Shown here in pieces: positions 47,787 through 57,599 of a DNA stretch of 64,000 bases. The notes under the pieces are model-generated. The model made no database searches, was not told where the DNA came from, and saw only the letters and a list, made by a program, of their open reading frames with translations. The stretch spans positions 9,873 through 73,872 of the forward strand of contig CAZBWA010000001.1 of the NCBI GenBank assembly GCA_964495555.1. Reading direction: 5' to 3'. A program made the position numbers and the translations under genes. Position 1 is the stretch's first letter. Each line of letters opens with the position of its first letter. This stretch comes from an uncultured Bifidobacteriaceae bacterium (lineage in GTDB: Bacteria; Actinomycetota; Actinomycetes; S36-B12).

Positions 47787-48272
47787 ATGGAGGAGTCAGG
47801 GGACCAGCGCATCTGGGACGAGATTCGGGCTTCCTTGGTCACGAGCGAGATCCAGGTGGAGTCGCGCCAGGATGCGCACGCCGTTGCGACAACGGAAGTG
47901 GCGCTGATGCGGCTCGACGACAGGGGACGGCGGTCACGCGTGATCGAGGTGCATGTCGCCGGCAAGATCGTGACGGGGCGGATCTCGATGTGGACGCATG
48001 ACATCGCCATTCTCGAATCCGGCCAGGATTCCTGGGCGATCCGAGTCGGGGCCATCGATGCCATCGTCGGACTGGGGCGTGCGCTGCGAACTCATGTGGA
48101 GGATCCCGCCACCGTTCGATCCATACTGGATTGCTGGTCGCTAGATGAGGTGGAGGTGTGGACCCCGAGCGGTCGGTTCCACGGTCCCCTCGTGGTCGCT
48201 GCGGATCATCTCGAAGTTGCGGGGGTCGTCATCCCCTGGCATGCGGTGCGGACGGTGCGTCGACGTACCTAG
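47787..48272 (+). CDS. Hypothetical protein (two similar small beta-rich halves)
   Basis: ATG at 47787 within ORF 47736..48272. No motif recognised. Coding status inferred from length, GC-rich third positions and the 4-nt convergent overlap with the HTH gene. Confidence 0.4.
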   Translation: MEESGDQRIWDEIRASLVTSEIQVESRQDAHAVATTEVALMRLDDRGRRSRVIEVHVAGKIVTGRISMWTHDIAILESGQDSWAIRVGAIDAIVGLGRALRTHVEDPATVRSILDCWSLDEVEVWTPSGRFHGPLVVAADHLEVAGVVIPWHAVRTVRRRT

Positions 48273-48493
48273 GAACCGTCGTCGACCGCCATGTTCCCCG
48301 ACTCCACGGATGCGCGCGTCTGCTCGTACATCCTCGCGATGTAATCCTCGAGGGCCGTCGATTCGATGCGCCACTGGCCACGTCCACCCACCTTGATCGC
48401 GGGGAGTTCGCCGCTGCGCACAAGCGCGTAGGCCTGGGACGCCGAGACGTTCAGAGTCTCAGCAACGTCGGCCAAGGTGAGGAATCGCCCCAT
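48269..48493 (-). CDS. Excisionase-family (MerR-like HTH_17) DNA-binding protein
   Basis: ATG at 48493 within ORF 48269..48808. MGRFLTLADVAETLNVSASQAYALVRSGELPAIKVGGRGQWRI is the excisionase/HTH_17 pattern. 74 aa. Confidence 0.7.
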   Translation of the reverse strand: MGRFLTLADVAETLNVSASQAYALVRSGELPAIKVGGRGQWRIESTALEDYIARMYEQTRASVESGNMAVDDGS

Positions 48494-48566
48494 GGCCGCA
48501 TCGTGCCAAATACGGATCCGTCTGCGCACCCCAGCCTGTGGATAACGAAAGACGTCGGAGCCGCGC

Positions 48567-49271
48567 ATGGCGGATGCTGCGTCCAGAAGACAGGAGGTGC
48601 CTATGGCCGGCATAGCGGATCGTCCCGCATCGCGGATGCGGATGCCCCGGTGGACGGATTTCCGACTTTGGTTGGGCCTCGTCGTGGTGGTGGGGGCGAT
48701 GTTCGTGGGTGCGCGCGTGCTCTCGGCGGGAAGCGACACCGTGACGGTCTGGCAGGCGACACGTGATCTGTCCCAGGGTGCGGCGATCGCCGATGTGCGG
48801 CCGGTCACGGTCGCCCTCGGTGATGCGAGCGAGGACTACATCCCCGCGGACGAAGCCGTGTCCGGGGTTGTCCTCTGGCCGGTGGGGGCCGGTGAGCTCG
48901 TGCCGCGTCGGGCGCTCGGCGCGGGGAGTCTCACGGGGATGCGACTCGTCACCGTCCCGGTCGACCCTCTGCACCTCCCGCCGGGGCTGATGCCCGGAGA
49001 CCTGGTGGACATCTGGGCAACTCCCGGAGGTGGCGCGAACGTAGTTCCTGTCCCCGAGCGCGTCGTACCGAACGTGGCCATTGCCTCCGTAGCGGAGGAC
49101 ATGGTGGGTATCGGAGGCCAGATCCCCGTCGTCCTCACGGTGGCAGAGGCGGACGTCCCACGCCTCGTTGCGTCCATGCGCGGAGGAGACCTCGACCTCG
49201 TTGCCGTACCCCTCGCGAGCCAGTCAGTGACGGGTGACACCTCTGACGGAGGCGTGAATGCTCTCCCGTGA
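48567..49271 (+). CDS. SAF-domain protein (CpaB/RcpC-like)
   Basis: ORF 48567..49271 (start may be 48603 or later). TM anchor LWLGLVVVVGAMFVGARVL, then TVTVWQATRDLSQGAAI, ELVPRRAL and LMPGDLVDIW, typical of SAF/CpaB N-terminal domains. Confidence 0.6.
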   Translation: MADAASRRQEVPMAGIADRPASRMRMPRWTDFRLWLGLVVVVGAMFVGARVLSAGSDTVTVWQATRDLSQGAAIADVRPVTVALGDASEDYIPADEAVSGVVLWPVGAGELVPRRALGAGSLTGMRLVTVPVDPLHLPPGLMPGDLVDIWATPGGGANVVPVPERVVPNVAIASVAEDMVGIGGQIPVVLTVAEADVPRLVASMRGGDLDLVAVPLASQSVTGDTSDGGVNALP

Positions 49272-50409
49272 CCGCAATCGGGTCATCTGGTGTACGCCGG
49301 GAGTCGGTTCGGAGGGGGCATTAGTCGGCGCAGTGCGTGACGCGGGGTGGACCATCGCTCGGCACTGCGTCGACGCGGCCGACGTCCTCGGAGCCGCGAC
49401 AGTCGAGCCGGACCCGATCATCGTTGTGTCTGCCGGCGTGCAACGAGTCGATCCCGCGGTCTGGGCGGAGATCTGCACCGCGGCGAAGGCGGTCATGGTG
49501 ATCCGTGGACAACGTGACACACCGGTACCTCGCGGAAGCGGTGTCGTGCGCGAGATCCCCGTCGAGTATGCGGTGGAGGCTCTCCCGAAGGAACTCGATG
49601 CGGTCCGAGCCCCTGGACCACCCGGGGGCGCCTCGGGACGCGTCATTGCGGTGTGGGGGACCGCCGGAGCACCCGGGCGCACCACGGTCGCGATCGGGCT
49701 GGCCGAGTCATGGGCGCGCCGCGGTCTCCGCGTGTGCCTCATCGATGGGGACACCTACGGACCGGCCATCGCGCACAGTCTTGCTGTCGTCGAACCGACG
49801 AGCGGACTGCTGTTGGCGTGCAAACATGCCGAGCAGGGATCCCTCGATCAGCAGTCGTTGGTGCGTGCTCTGCGTTCGATTCGGCCTGGCTTGGACGTAC
49901 TCACCGGACTCGACGATTCACTCCGCTGGCCGGAGGTCCGCCCGGACTCCCTGGTGCGCGTCCTCGACCTGTGTCGGGCGCTCTTCGATATCACGGTTGT
50001 GGACATTCATGACTGCATCGAAGTGACGTCCGATCCGATCACCGCGATGCGGGGGGAGCGCAATGGGATTGCACGAGAGGTACTGGGCGCTGCGACCGGC
50101 GTCGTGTCGGTCGCTCGACCCGATCCCGTGGGTGCTGCACGCCTCGTTCGTGCGATGGCGAACTTGTCGAGCCTGGATTCGGGGATCGTTCCCCTTGTCG
50201 TGCTGAATCGGCTTCGTCGACGTTCGGATCTGGACGAGGTTCGCAGGGTCCTCGCCCGGGTCGGAAGTCGAGCGTCGCTAGAGGGGATACCGGAGGACGG
50301 GGTCGTCACGCGCGCAGCCGCACGCGGCAGTCTCCTCGGCGAGATGCGAGGGCGATCCCGGGCACGCGCCGGCTTCCAGCGGCTAGCCCAGCAGGTCGCC
50401 GCCGCTTAG
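49258..50409 (+). CDS. ParA/MinD-superfamily ATPase-like protein (CpaE/TadZ/Ssd-like) with a deviant P-loop
   Basis: ORF 49258..50409. N-terminal receiver-like region, then VIAVWGTAGAPGRTTVAIGLA..LIDGDTYGP. The P-loop lacks both lysines of KGGxGK[ST]. Confidence 0.65.
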   Translation: MLSRDRNRVIWCTPGVGSEGALVGAVRDAGWTIARHCVDAADVLGAATVEPDPIIVVSAGVQRVDPAVWAEICTAAKAVMVIRGQRDTPVPRGSGVVREIPVEYAVEALPKELDAVRAPGPPGGASGRVIAVWGTAGAPGRTTVAIGLAESWARRGLRVCLIDGDTYGPAIAHSLAVVEPTSGLLLACKHAEQGSLDQQSLVRALRSIRPGLDVLTGLDDSLRWPEVRPDSLVRVLDLCRALFDITVVDIHDCIEVTSDPITAMRGERNGIAREVLGAATGVVSVARPDPVGAARLVRAMANLSSLDSGIVPLVVLNRLRRRSDLDEVRRVLARVGSRASLEGIPEDGVVTRAAARGSLLGEMRGRSRARAGFQRLAQQVAAA

Positions 50410-51113
50410 GGCGATGGGAGGACGACGACGGTGTCGCCCTTCTTGGCCCAGTTGTAGAGGAACTCGGCATCGTCGGCGGCCATGCGCACGCATCCACCTG
50501 TCGCCACGGGAAGGCCCAGTTGATCTTCGTCGTGCATCATGCGCCCGTCGTAGTAGATCGGGATGCTGTGAAACCCGATAGGGGTCTTACCGTCCAGGCC
50601 GTAGGCGAATCGGGTCATGTGATCGAACGTCACTCCGGAGTTCGGGTTGCCACTTCGCTCCGATTGCGAGTAGATCGTGTACGTGCCCTGCACCGGTCGA
50701 TCCCAGCGACCGACGACGGGGAAGCGCGCGACCACCGAGTTGTCCTCATCCATGAGCCACACGTGCATCAAGGTCTTGTCGTAGACGATGCGCCGCCCCG
50801 TACCGTCGTCCAGCGGACGCAGAGGGACGTTACGCGCCTTCTTCGTCCGGGTCGCGGCCTTGGGCTTCTTGTACTTGGCCGGACGGGGACCCTCGGCGCC
50901 CAAGGCGATGACGTCGACGGGCTCCGATGACGGCGGGGAGATGGCTGCGGGATCCGGCCATGTGAAGTTCGGCTCCGCTGCAGCCTCGGGGGAGGTGGCA
51001 TCGGAGGCGGAGGCGGTGGGCACGAGCATCCCCACCCCGAGTCCGGCCGCGAGGCTGGCGGACAGGAGGGCCGCGAGAACCCTCCGCGGGAATCTCCGAA
51101 CCATCGCCAGCAT
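50406..51113 (-). CDS. L,D-transpeptidase (YkuD domain), secreted
   Basis: ATG at 51113 within ORF 50406..51434. Signal-like LAALLSASLAAGLGVGMLVPTASA. Catalytic region FHSIPIYYDG..LGLPVATGGCVRM. Confidence 0.8.
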   Translation of the reverse strand: MLAMVRRFPRRVLAALLSASLAAGLGVGMLVPTASASDATSPEAAAEPNFTWPDPAAISPPSSEPVDVIALGAEGPRPAKYKKPKAATRTKKARNVPLRPLDDGTGRRIVYDKTLMHVWLMDEDNSVVARFPVVGRWDRPVQGTYTIYSQSERSGNPNSGVTFDHMTRFAYGLDGKTPIGFHSIPIYYDGRMMHDEDQLGLPVATGGCVRMAADDAEFLYNWAKKGDTVVVLPSP

Positions 51114-51270
51114 GGAAGCACCGTACCGCCGCAAGGCCTGGCGCGCGGACCCGATGGGGGAGCGTGCATGGCGGGGAAGGTGCACCTCAGCAGGGTAGGG
51201 GGCGATGGTGTCCGCTAGACGCACGTCCGGCGGTGTGGCGCATGCGAGGATTGCTGCCGAGGAGGTTGCG

Positions 51271-52230
51271 ATGCACTCTCCACGACGGGGATTAGTGCTC
51301 GGCGGTGGCGGTGTCCTGGGGGGCACATGGTCCGTCGGAGCCCTCGACTCCCTGTCCGCGCACGGCGTCCACCCCGAAGACTTCGAGATCGTCGTGGGAA
51401 CGTCGGCGGGTTCCGTCCTCGGCGCGCTTCTCACCCTGGGCGTCTCCTTGGAGGAGATGCGGGGCCACTACGCCGGGGACGATGTCGACACAGGACCCCT
51501 GGCCCACTACTCGTTCGATCCCGATGAGGCGACCGGCGGCCACCGTCCCGGCATCCCGCGCCTGATCGGTCCCGGCTCGCCGTCCCTCATCGCGTCGAGC
51601 ATGCGCCACCCGGGTCGGCTCCCCGCCACGGCCGTGTTATCCGCGCTCCTGCCGCCGGGATCGCGCTCCCTACATCAGGTGACTCATCTCATCGACTCGG
51701 CCAATCCGGAGGGCACGTGGCCGAATCGCCTGTGGGTCGTCGCGATGGATTTCGTTGACGGACATCGTGTCGTCTTCGGTCGCCCTGGCGCACCCGTTGC
51801 GCGCCTCTCCGACGCGGTGGTGGCCTCGTGCTCCATCCCCGGGTGGTTCGCACCGGTCACGATCAACGGCCGCTCCTACGTGGATGGGGGAGCAGTCTCC
51901 GCGACGTCGGTCGATGTGCTCGAACACATGGGACTCGACGAGGTGTACGTCATCGCACCCATGGTGTCCTTCTCCGTCGACCATCCGAACACCCTCGGGG
52001 CCCGACTCGAACGTCGCTGGCGCGGAGAAGTCACGAAAGCCTGCATGGAGGAGGTGGAGACCGTTCGGGCTCAGGGCACTCACGTATTCGTCCTGGGTCC
52101 CGGCCCGGAGGACCTCCATGCGATGGGTGCCAACCTGATGGATGCATCACGACGTCGACTCGTCCTCGAGACCTCCCTGCGCACCTCGCCTCTCGGATGG
52201 GAACAGTCCCTGGAGTTACGCGCGTCCTAG
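51271..52230 (+). CDS. Patatin-like phospholipase
   Basis: ATG at 51271 within ORF 51205..52230. LVLGGGGVLGG (oxyanion GGxxxG), GTSAGS (GxSxG nucleophile) and a later VDGG (Asp of the dyad). Confidence 0.8.
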   Translation: MHSPRRGLVLGGGGVLGGTWSVGALDSLSAHGVHPEDFEIVVGTSAGSVLGALLTLGVSLEEMRGHYAGDDVDTGPLAHYSFDPDEATGGHRPGIPRLIGPGSPSLIASSMRHPGRLPATAVLSALLPPGSRSLHQVTHLIDSANPEGTWPNRLWVVAMDFVDGHRVVFGRPGAPVARLSDAVVASCSIPGWFAPVTINGRSYVDGGAVSATSVDVLEHMGLDEVYVIAPMVSFSVDHPNTLGARLERRWRGEVTKACMEEVETVRAQGTHVFVLGPGPEDLHAMGANLMDASRRRLVLETSLRTSPLGWEQSLELRAS

Positions 52231-52713
52231 CCACTCGGAGGCCAGTCGCTCCTCGGTGCGCAAGTATTTTGTGGTCTGCTTCGCCGCCTCCTCCTCGATC
52301 GTGCCCCCCACGAATGGGACCTTGGCCGTCATGCGGCCGATCGTGGTGATGGAGCATCCGGCGGCCGTCGGGCGGAGCTCGGCAGTCCCGTCGAAACGCA
52401 AGGGCCCGGAGAACCGCACCGAGACCACCGCGGAGCGTGACCCGTCAGAACCCGGTGCCGACCACTCCTGGATCTCCGTGACGTCGATGGTCTCTCCGAC
52501 GAAGGATCGCGCCACGGCTGGCACGTCGGCCGGCAAGAGGCGCTCCGTCCGCACGGTGATGGCGGAATCTGGATCACCGGAGACGTCGATCGTGGTCCGG
52601 AGCGAGCCCGTGGCCTGGCACTTCTCCTCGATATACGCGGGGTCGATGAGAAGTCGAAATGTCTGGAACGCATCCGCAGGGAACTGCTGTTCCACGTCCA
52701 GGCTCGTACTCAC
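52216..52713 (-). CDS. SRPBCC-fold protein (DUF2505-like)
   Basis: GTG at 52713 within ORF 52216..52860. About 165 aa. VEQQFPADAFQTFRLLIDPAYIEEKC.. resembles DUF2505 proteins from memory. Confidence 0.55.
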   Translation of the reverse strand: MSTSLDVEQQFPADAFQTFRLLIDPAYIEEKCQATGSLRTTIDVSGDPDSAITVRTERLLPADVPAVARSFVGETIDVTEIQEWSAPGSDGSRSAVVSVRFSGPLRFDGTAELRPTAAGCSITTIGRMTAKVPFVGGTIEEEAAKQTTKYLRTEERLASEWLGRA

Positions 52714-52835
52714 ACGCCGATCGTGGCATACCTGGCCGCGGGAGCGCTCCTCCCGCGAGGCGGAAGGACCTTTCCAGACTCGGGGAGGACTACCGTGGGG
52801 AGGGTTCCGGGCCAACGTGTGAAGAGGCGATACGC

Positions 52836-55800
52836 GTGACCGATCCTGCGTCGAAGGCATCCGTCCCCGACCTAGCGACCCTGGTCGCCCACTTCCGGCA
52901 CCAACTGTCGACCGGCGAAGTCTCGCGCTACGGCGAGGATCACCTTCGCGACGAGGTGCGATCCATGGCGGAGTGGGCCATCGTCCGCGAGCCGGACGTG
53001 GCGTTGATCCGGGCCTTCGACACGACAGCGGGCACCATCGTGGAGATCGTCACCGATGACATGCCCTTCCTCGTCGATTCCGTGACGAATGAACTCACGC
53101 GGCGTGGTCGGAACATCCGTCTCGTGCTCCACCCGCAACTGGCCGTCGAGCGTGATCGGGAAGGACGTCTCCTGCGAGTGCTCGATACGGCTGTCTCGCA
53201 TGCACCAGGTGCGATGGCCGAGTCGTGGATGCGATTCGAATTGGAGCGCGACTACCAGGACCACGACCTGGAGTCGCTGGTGTCGGGAGTCAGGCGCGTC
53301 CTGGGAGACGTGCGGCGCGCGGTCACCGACTGGCCTGCTCTGGAAGCCGCAGTGAACGCGGTCGCGACCGATCTTCTGGCGCAGCCGCCAGTGGGCATCC
53401 CCGGGGAGGATGTCGAGGAGGCTGCTGCGTTCTTGAAGTGGATTGCGGCCGGAAATCTGACTCTGCTCGGCTACCGGGTCTACGACCTCGTGACCGTCGA
53501 CGGCGAGGAGGCCCTGCGTGGAGTTCCCGGGACCGGCCTGGGAATCCTGCGACGCGAGGGATCCCAGGACGCGGCTGTCTCCCCGAGTTTTGCGGTTCTT
53601 CCCGCCTCGGTGCGCGCGAAAGCGCGTGAACCCGAGATCCTCGTCATCACCAAGGCCAACGCCCGTTCGACGGTGCATCGATCCGGATACCTCGACTACG
53701 TGGGGGTCAAGAGGTTCGACGACCGCGGACGGGTGATCGGTGAGCATCGGATCCTCGGCGTCTTCGCTGCGCCCGCCTATACACGCAGCGTTCTGGATAT
53801 CCCCGTGCTCCGTCGTCGATTCGACGGGGCCATGGCGGCTTTGGGCTTCGTACCCAACTCGCACAATGCCCACGATCTCCAGCAGTTTCTGGAGACCTAC
53901 CCGCGCGACGAGTTGTTCCAGATCGGCCAAGAGGCTCTTACAGAGACTGCCTCCGAGGTGCTGCACATGCAGGGCAGACGTCAGACGCGTCTGTTCTTGC
54001 GTCCCGACGCCTACGGAAGGTCCGTCTCGGCACTCGTCTACCTGCCGAGGGATCGCTACAACACCACCGTTCGGACAAGAATCGCCACCATCCTCCAAGC
54101 GGCGTTCGGAGGGACCTCGGTCGATTTCACGGTTCTCGTATCCGAATCGGTTCTAGCCCGGTTGCTGTTCGTCATTCGTGTTCCGTCCACACAGGGAGTC
54201 CAGACCGTCGACCCGGTATCCCTCGAGGCGCAGATCGCGGCTGCGACGCGCAGTTGGTCCGATGACTTCGCCGATGAGGTCGTCGCAGTGTTCGGGGAGG
54301 ATCGGGCTCGCCACATCCTTCGGACGTACGCGGACGCCTTCCCCGAGGCGTACAAGGAGGACTTCCACCCGGGAGATGCCGTGGCGGCGGTAGAGGTCAT
54401 CGAGAGTCTGGGTGATGGGGGACTGGCCCTGCGCATGCGGCAGGGTGAGGATGCCCTGCGATTCAGTATCACTCGCGTCGGAGAAGCCGTACCGCTGTCG
54501 CGCGTCTTACCGATCCTGCAGAACCTCGGGTTCGATGTCCTCGACGAACACCCGTACGAAATAGTCCGCCGGGATGCCCCCGACGCCTGGATCCTTGACT
54601 TCGGGGTCGTCGGCCCCGCGGGTGCCCCTGACGTCGAGGACGACCTCCTGCGCAGGACCGAGGACGCCTTTCAGGCATCGTGGAGCGGCGAGTGCGAGAT
54701 CGATACCTTCAACTCCCTCGTGGTTCTCGCCGGATTCTCCTGGCGCGAGTGCACGGTCATGCGTGCCTACTCCCGGTACCTGAGGCAGATCGGTTCCTCC
54801 TTCAGCCAGGGCTACATCGAGCAGTCCGTTCTTGCGCATCCTCATGTTGCGAGGTCTCTCATCGATTACTTCCACGTGCGCTTCGACCCGGACGATGATG
54901 CGGACCGCGTGAACCGGGCCGAGCACTTCAGCGCACGGATCGAGGGGCAGTTGGTGGACGTGCCGAGCCTCGATCAGGATCGCATCCTGCGCTCTTTTCT
55001 GACGTTGATGCAGGCGACCGTGCGCACCTCGTACTTCCGGCGTGCGGAGCAGGAACCCCTCGCGTTCAAGTTCGAGCCTCGGCGCATCCCCGATATGCCA
55101 CTCCCGCGACCCGCACATGAGCTATGGGTCTATTCCCCGCGAGTCGAGGGAGTGCACCTCCGATTCGGGGATGTGGCACGCGGTGGGTTGCGATGGAGCG
55201 ATCGCCGCGAGGACTTCCGCACGGAGATCCTCGGACTGGTGAAGGCCCAGCAAGTCAAGAACGCAGTCATCGTGCCCGTGGGAGCTAAGGGCGGCTTCTT
55301 CCCGAAGCGGCTCCCGGATCCCACTGGTGATCGCGAGGCCTGGCTGGCCGAGGGACGCGGGGCCTACGCCGATTTCGTCAGGGCTCTCCTCAGCGTGACC
55401 GACAACCTCGTGGAGGGCTCGGTCGTTCCGCCGGCGGGCGTTGTGCGCTACGACGGTGATGATCCCTACCTGGTGGTCGCGGCGGACAAGGGAACCGCCA
55501 CCTTCTCGGACCTAGCGAATTCGATAGCCGAGTCCTTCGGTTTCTGGCTGGGCGACGCGTTCGCCTCGGGCGGTTCCGTGGGATACGACCACAAGGCGAT
55601 GGGTATCACGGCGCGTGGAGCATGGGAATCGGTGAAGCGTCACTTCCGGGAGTTGGGGATCGACACTCAAACCCAGGACTTCACCGTCATCGGGATCGGG
55701 GACATGAGCGGGGATGTCTTCGGTAACGGGATGCTGCTCAGTGAGCACATTCGGCTCGTGGCCGCGTTCGACCACCGGGACATCTTCATCGATCCCAGCC

Positions 55801-57599
55801 CTGATGCCGTGCGATCGCTGGGTGAGCGCCGGCGCCTGTTCGAGCTTCCGCGGTCGAGCTGGGCCGACTACGACGCCTCCATCATCTCCCCGGGTGGCGG
55901 GGTCTTCTCCCGTTCGGCGAAATCGGTTCCGCTGACCCCGCAGATCCGCGAGGCGCTGGACATCGAGCCCGATGTCGAGCACCTGACTCCGGACGAGCTG
56001 ATCTCGGCGATCCTCATGGCACCCGTTGATCTGCTGTGGAATGGCGGTATCGGGACCTACGTCAAGGCACAGAACGAGGCCACAGCGGATGTCGGCGATA
56101 GATCGAACGACGCGATTCGCATCAACGGTCACCAGTTGCGCGTCAAGGTCGTCGGGGAAGGGGGCAACCTCGGCCTGACACAGAAGGGTCGCATTGAGGC
56201 GGCGCGTCATAAGGTCAGGCTGAACACGGACGCCATCGACAATTCCGCGGGTGTGGATACCTCCGACCATGAGGTGAACATCAAGATCCTGCTCGATTCC
56301 CTGGTCCGCGCAGGTGCCATGACGATCGAACAGCGCAACGCGCTCCTCGCCGAGATGACCGACGATGTGGCTCGAGCGGTGCTGCAGGACAACTACGACC
56401 AGAACGTCGTACTCGGGAACGCCCGCCGTGGCGCTCCTGCCCTGATCACGGTGCACCAACGGATGATCAAGGAGATGGAGCGTCGCGGGATCCTCGACCG
56501 AAGCCTTGAGTCACTCCCCAACGACGAGGAGTTCATGACCCTGATCGAGGCCGAGTCCCACCTCACGTCCCCGGAACTGGCGGTGCTCCTGGCCTATTCG
56601 AAGATCTGGCTGACCTCCAATCTCAACAGGTCGACCCTCAGCTCCGATCCGTGGTTCCGGACAGCCCTGCACGGCTACTTCCCTCCCCAGATCCGGGAGC
56701 GTTTTCCCGACGCCATCGACTCCCATCCCCTCCGGGGCCGGATCATCGACACGGTCATCGCCAACTCGCTTCTCAACGTCGGGGGCATCACCTTCGTCTA
56801 CCGCGTCATCGAGGAGACGGGTGCCTCGGTCGTCCAGGTCGTCCGGGCAGCCACAGCCGCCATGGAGGTCTTTGCCATACGCCAGATGTGGGACTGGGTG
56901 AATGGGCTCGACAACACGGTCCCGACGAGCGCCCAGAGTGCCCTGCAGTTGGAGACCCGGCGGCTCCTCGACCGTGCGACCCGATGGTTCCTTCAATTCC
57001 GGGGCGGGGAATTGGACATCGCCTCCGAGGTCTCCGGCTTCCAGCAGACGGTCGCGGAATTCGCCCACCAGGTGCCCGAAATGCTGCGTGGAAGTGAAGC
57101 GGAGCGTTATCGGCGACGGGTCGAGAGATTCGTGCACGCGGGTGCTCCGGAGGACCTTGCCCACGAAGCGGCGTCGGCCCTCGATGCCTTCGCCCTGCTC
57201 GACATCACCGACATCTGTTCACGCACGGGCGAAGCGGCTGGCACCGTCATCCCGCTCTACTTCACATTGTCCGATCGCTTCGACGTGGACGAGACGCTCA
57301 TCCGCATCACAGATCTTCCACGGGGTGATCGATGGACGTCGCTCGCACGTCAGGCGTTGCGGACGGATCTGTATCAGGTCATCGCCGCGCTCACCGATCG
57401 CGTCATCCGCGTGACCAATGCTGCCGATGCCCCTCTGAGCAGGGTTGAGTCGTGGGAGACGGCCCATGCCGAGGGCGTGTCCCGCGCCCGCACGACCCTT
57501 CAAGAGATCGCATCGATCGAGCACCCCGATCTGGCCACGCTGTCGGTGTGCCTCCGAGTGCTGCGCAATCTGGTGGCGCAGGGGGACGTCACCGGCTGA
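52836..57599 (+). CDS. gdh: NAD-specific glutamate dehydrogenase, large (~1600 aa) form
   Basis: GTG at 52836 within ORF 52659..57599. 1587 aa. IVEIVTDDMPFLVDSV.., VHLRFGDVARGGLRWSDRREDFRTEILGLVKAQQVKNAVIVPVGAKGGF and GDMSGDVFGNGML. Confidence 0.9.
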   Translation: MTDPASKASVPDLATLVAHFRHQLSTGEVSRYGEDHLRDEVRSMAEWAIVREPDVALIRAFDTTAGTIVEIVTDDMPFLVDSVTNELTRRGRNIRLVLHPQLAVERDREGRLLRVLDTAVSHAPGAMAESWMRFELERDYQDHDLESLVSGVRRVLGDVRRAVTDWPALEAAVNAVATDLLAQPPVGIPGEDVEEAAAFLKWIAAGNLTLLGYRVYDLVTVDGEEALRGVPGTGLGILRREGSQDAAVSPSFAVLPASVRAKAREPEILVITKANARSTVHRSGYLDYVGVKRFDDRGRVIGEHRILGVFAAPAYTRSVLDIPVLRRRFDGAMAALGFVPNSHNAHDLQQFLETYPRDELFQIGQEALTETASEVLHMQGRRQTRLFLRPDAYGRSVSALVYLPRDRYNTTVRTRIATILQAAFGGTSVDFTVLVSESVLARLLFVIRVPSTQGVQTVDPVSLEAQIAAATRSWSDDFADEVVAVFGEDRARHILRTYADAFPEAYKEDFHPGDAVAAVEVIESLGDGGLALRMRQGEDALRFSITRVGEAVPLSRVLPILQNLGFDVLDEHPYEIVRRDAPDAWILDFGVVGPAGAPDVEDDLLRRTEDAFQASWSGECEIDTFNSLVVLAGFSWRECTVMRAYSRYLRQIGSSFSQGYIEQSVLAHPHVARSLIDYFHVRFDPDDDADRVNRAEHFSARIEGQLVDVPSLDQDRILRSFLTLMQATVRTSYFRRAEQEPLAFKFEPRRIPDMPLPRPAHELWVYSPRVEGVHLRFGDVARGGLRWSDRREDFRTEILGLVKAQQVKNAVIVPVGAKGGFFPKRLPDPTGDREAWLAEGRGAYADFVRALLSVTDNLVEGSVVPPAGVVRYDGDDPYLVVAADKGTATFSDLANSIAESFGFWLGDAFASGGSVGYDHKAMGITARGAWESVKRHFRELGIDTQTQDFTVIGIGDMSGDVFGNGMLLSEHIRLVAAFDHRDIFIDPSPDAVRSLGERRRLFELPRSSWADYDASIISPGGGVFSRSAKSVPLTPQIREALDIEPDVEHLTPDELISAILMAPVDLLWNGGIGTYVKAQNEATADVGDRSNDAIRINGHQLRVKVVGEGGNLGLTQKGRIEAARHKVRLNTDAIDNSAGVDTSDHEVNIKILLDSLVRAGAMTIEQRNALLAEMTDDVARAVLQDNYDQNVVLGNARRGAPALITVHQRMIKEMERRGILDRSLESLPNDEEFMTLIEAESHLTSPELAVLLAYSKIWLTSNLNRSTLSSDPWFRTALHGYFPPQIRERFPDAIDSHPLRGRIIDTVIANSLLNVGGITFVYRVIEETGASVVQVVRAATAAMEVFAIRQMWDWVNGLDNTVPTSAQSALQLETRRLLDRATRWFLQFRGGELDIASEVSGFQQTVAEFAHQVPEMLRGSEAERYRRRVERFVHAGAPEDLAHEAASALDAFALLDITDICSRTGEAAGTVIPLYFTLSDRFDVDETLIRITDLPRGDRWTSLARQALRTDLYQVIAALTDRVIRVTNAADAPLSRVESWETAHAEGVSRARTTLQEIASIEHPDLATLSVCLRVLRNLVAQGDVTG

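Noticed and set aside
48269-48493. Excisionase-family gene as a marker of a prophage or integrative element
   Set aside because: No integrase, att-like repeats, tRNA target or phage genes nearby. The flanking genes are conserved chromosomal ones.
48537-48545. Perfect E. coli-type DnaA box (TTATCCACA on the minus strand)
   Set aside because: It is a single copy with no cluster and no dnaA/dnaN context. A single 9-mer match is not far from chance expectation over 128 kb of two-strand sequence, and actinobacterial boxes differ slightly.
51271-52230. Patatin-like phospholipase as a CBASS-type defence effector
   Set aside because: No cyclase/nucleotidyltransferase, no E1/E2/JAB genes and no other defence-associated genes adjacent. 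The neighbours are an L,D-transpeptidase and an SRPBCC protein.
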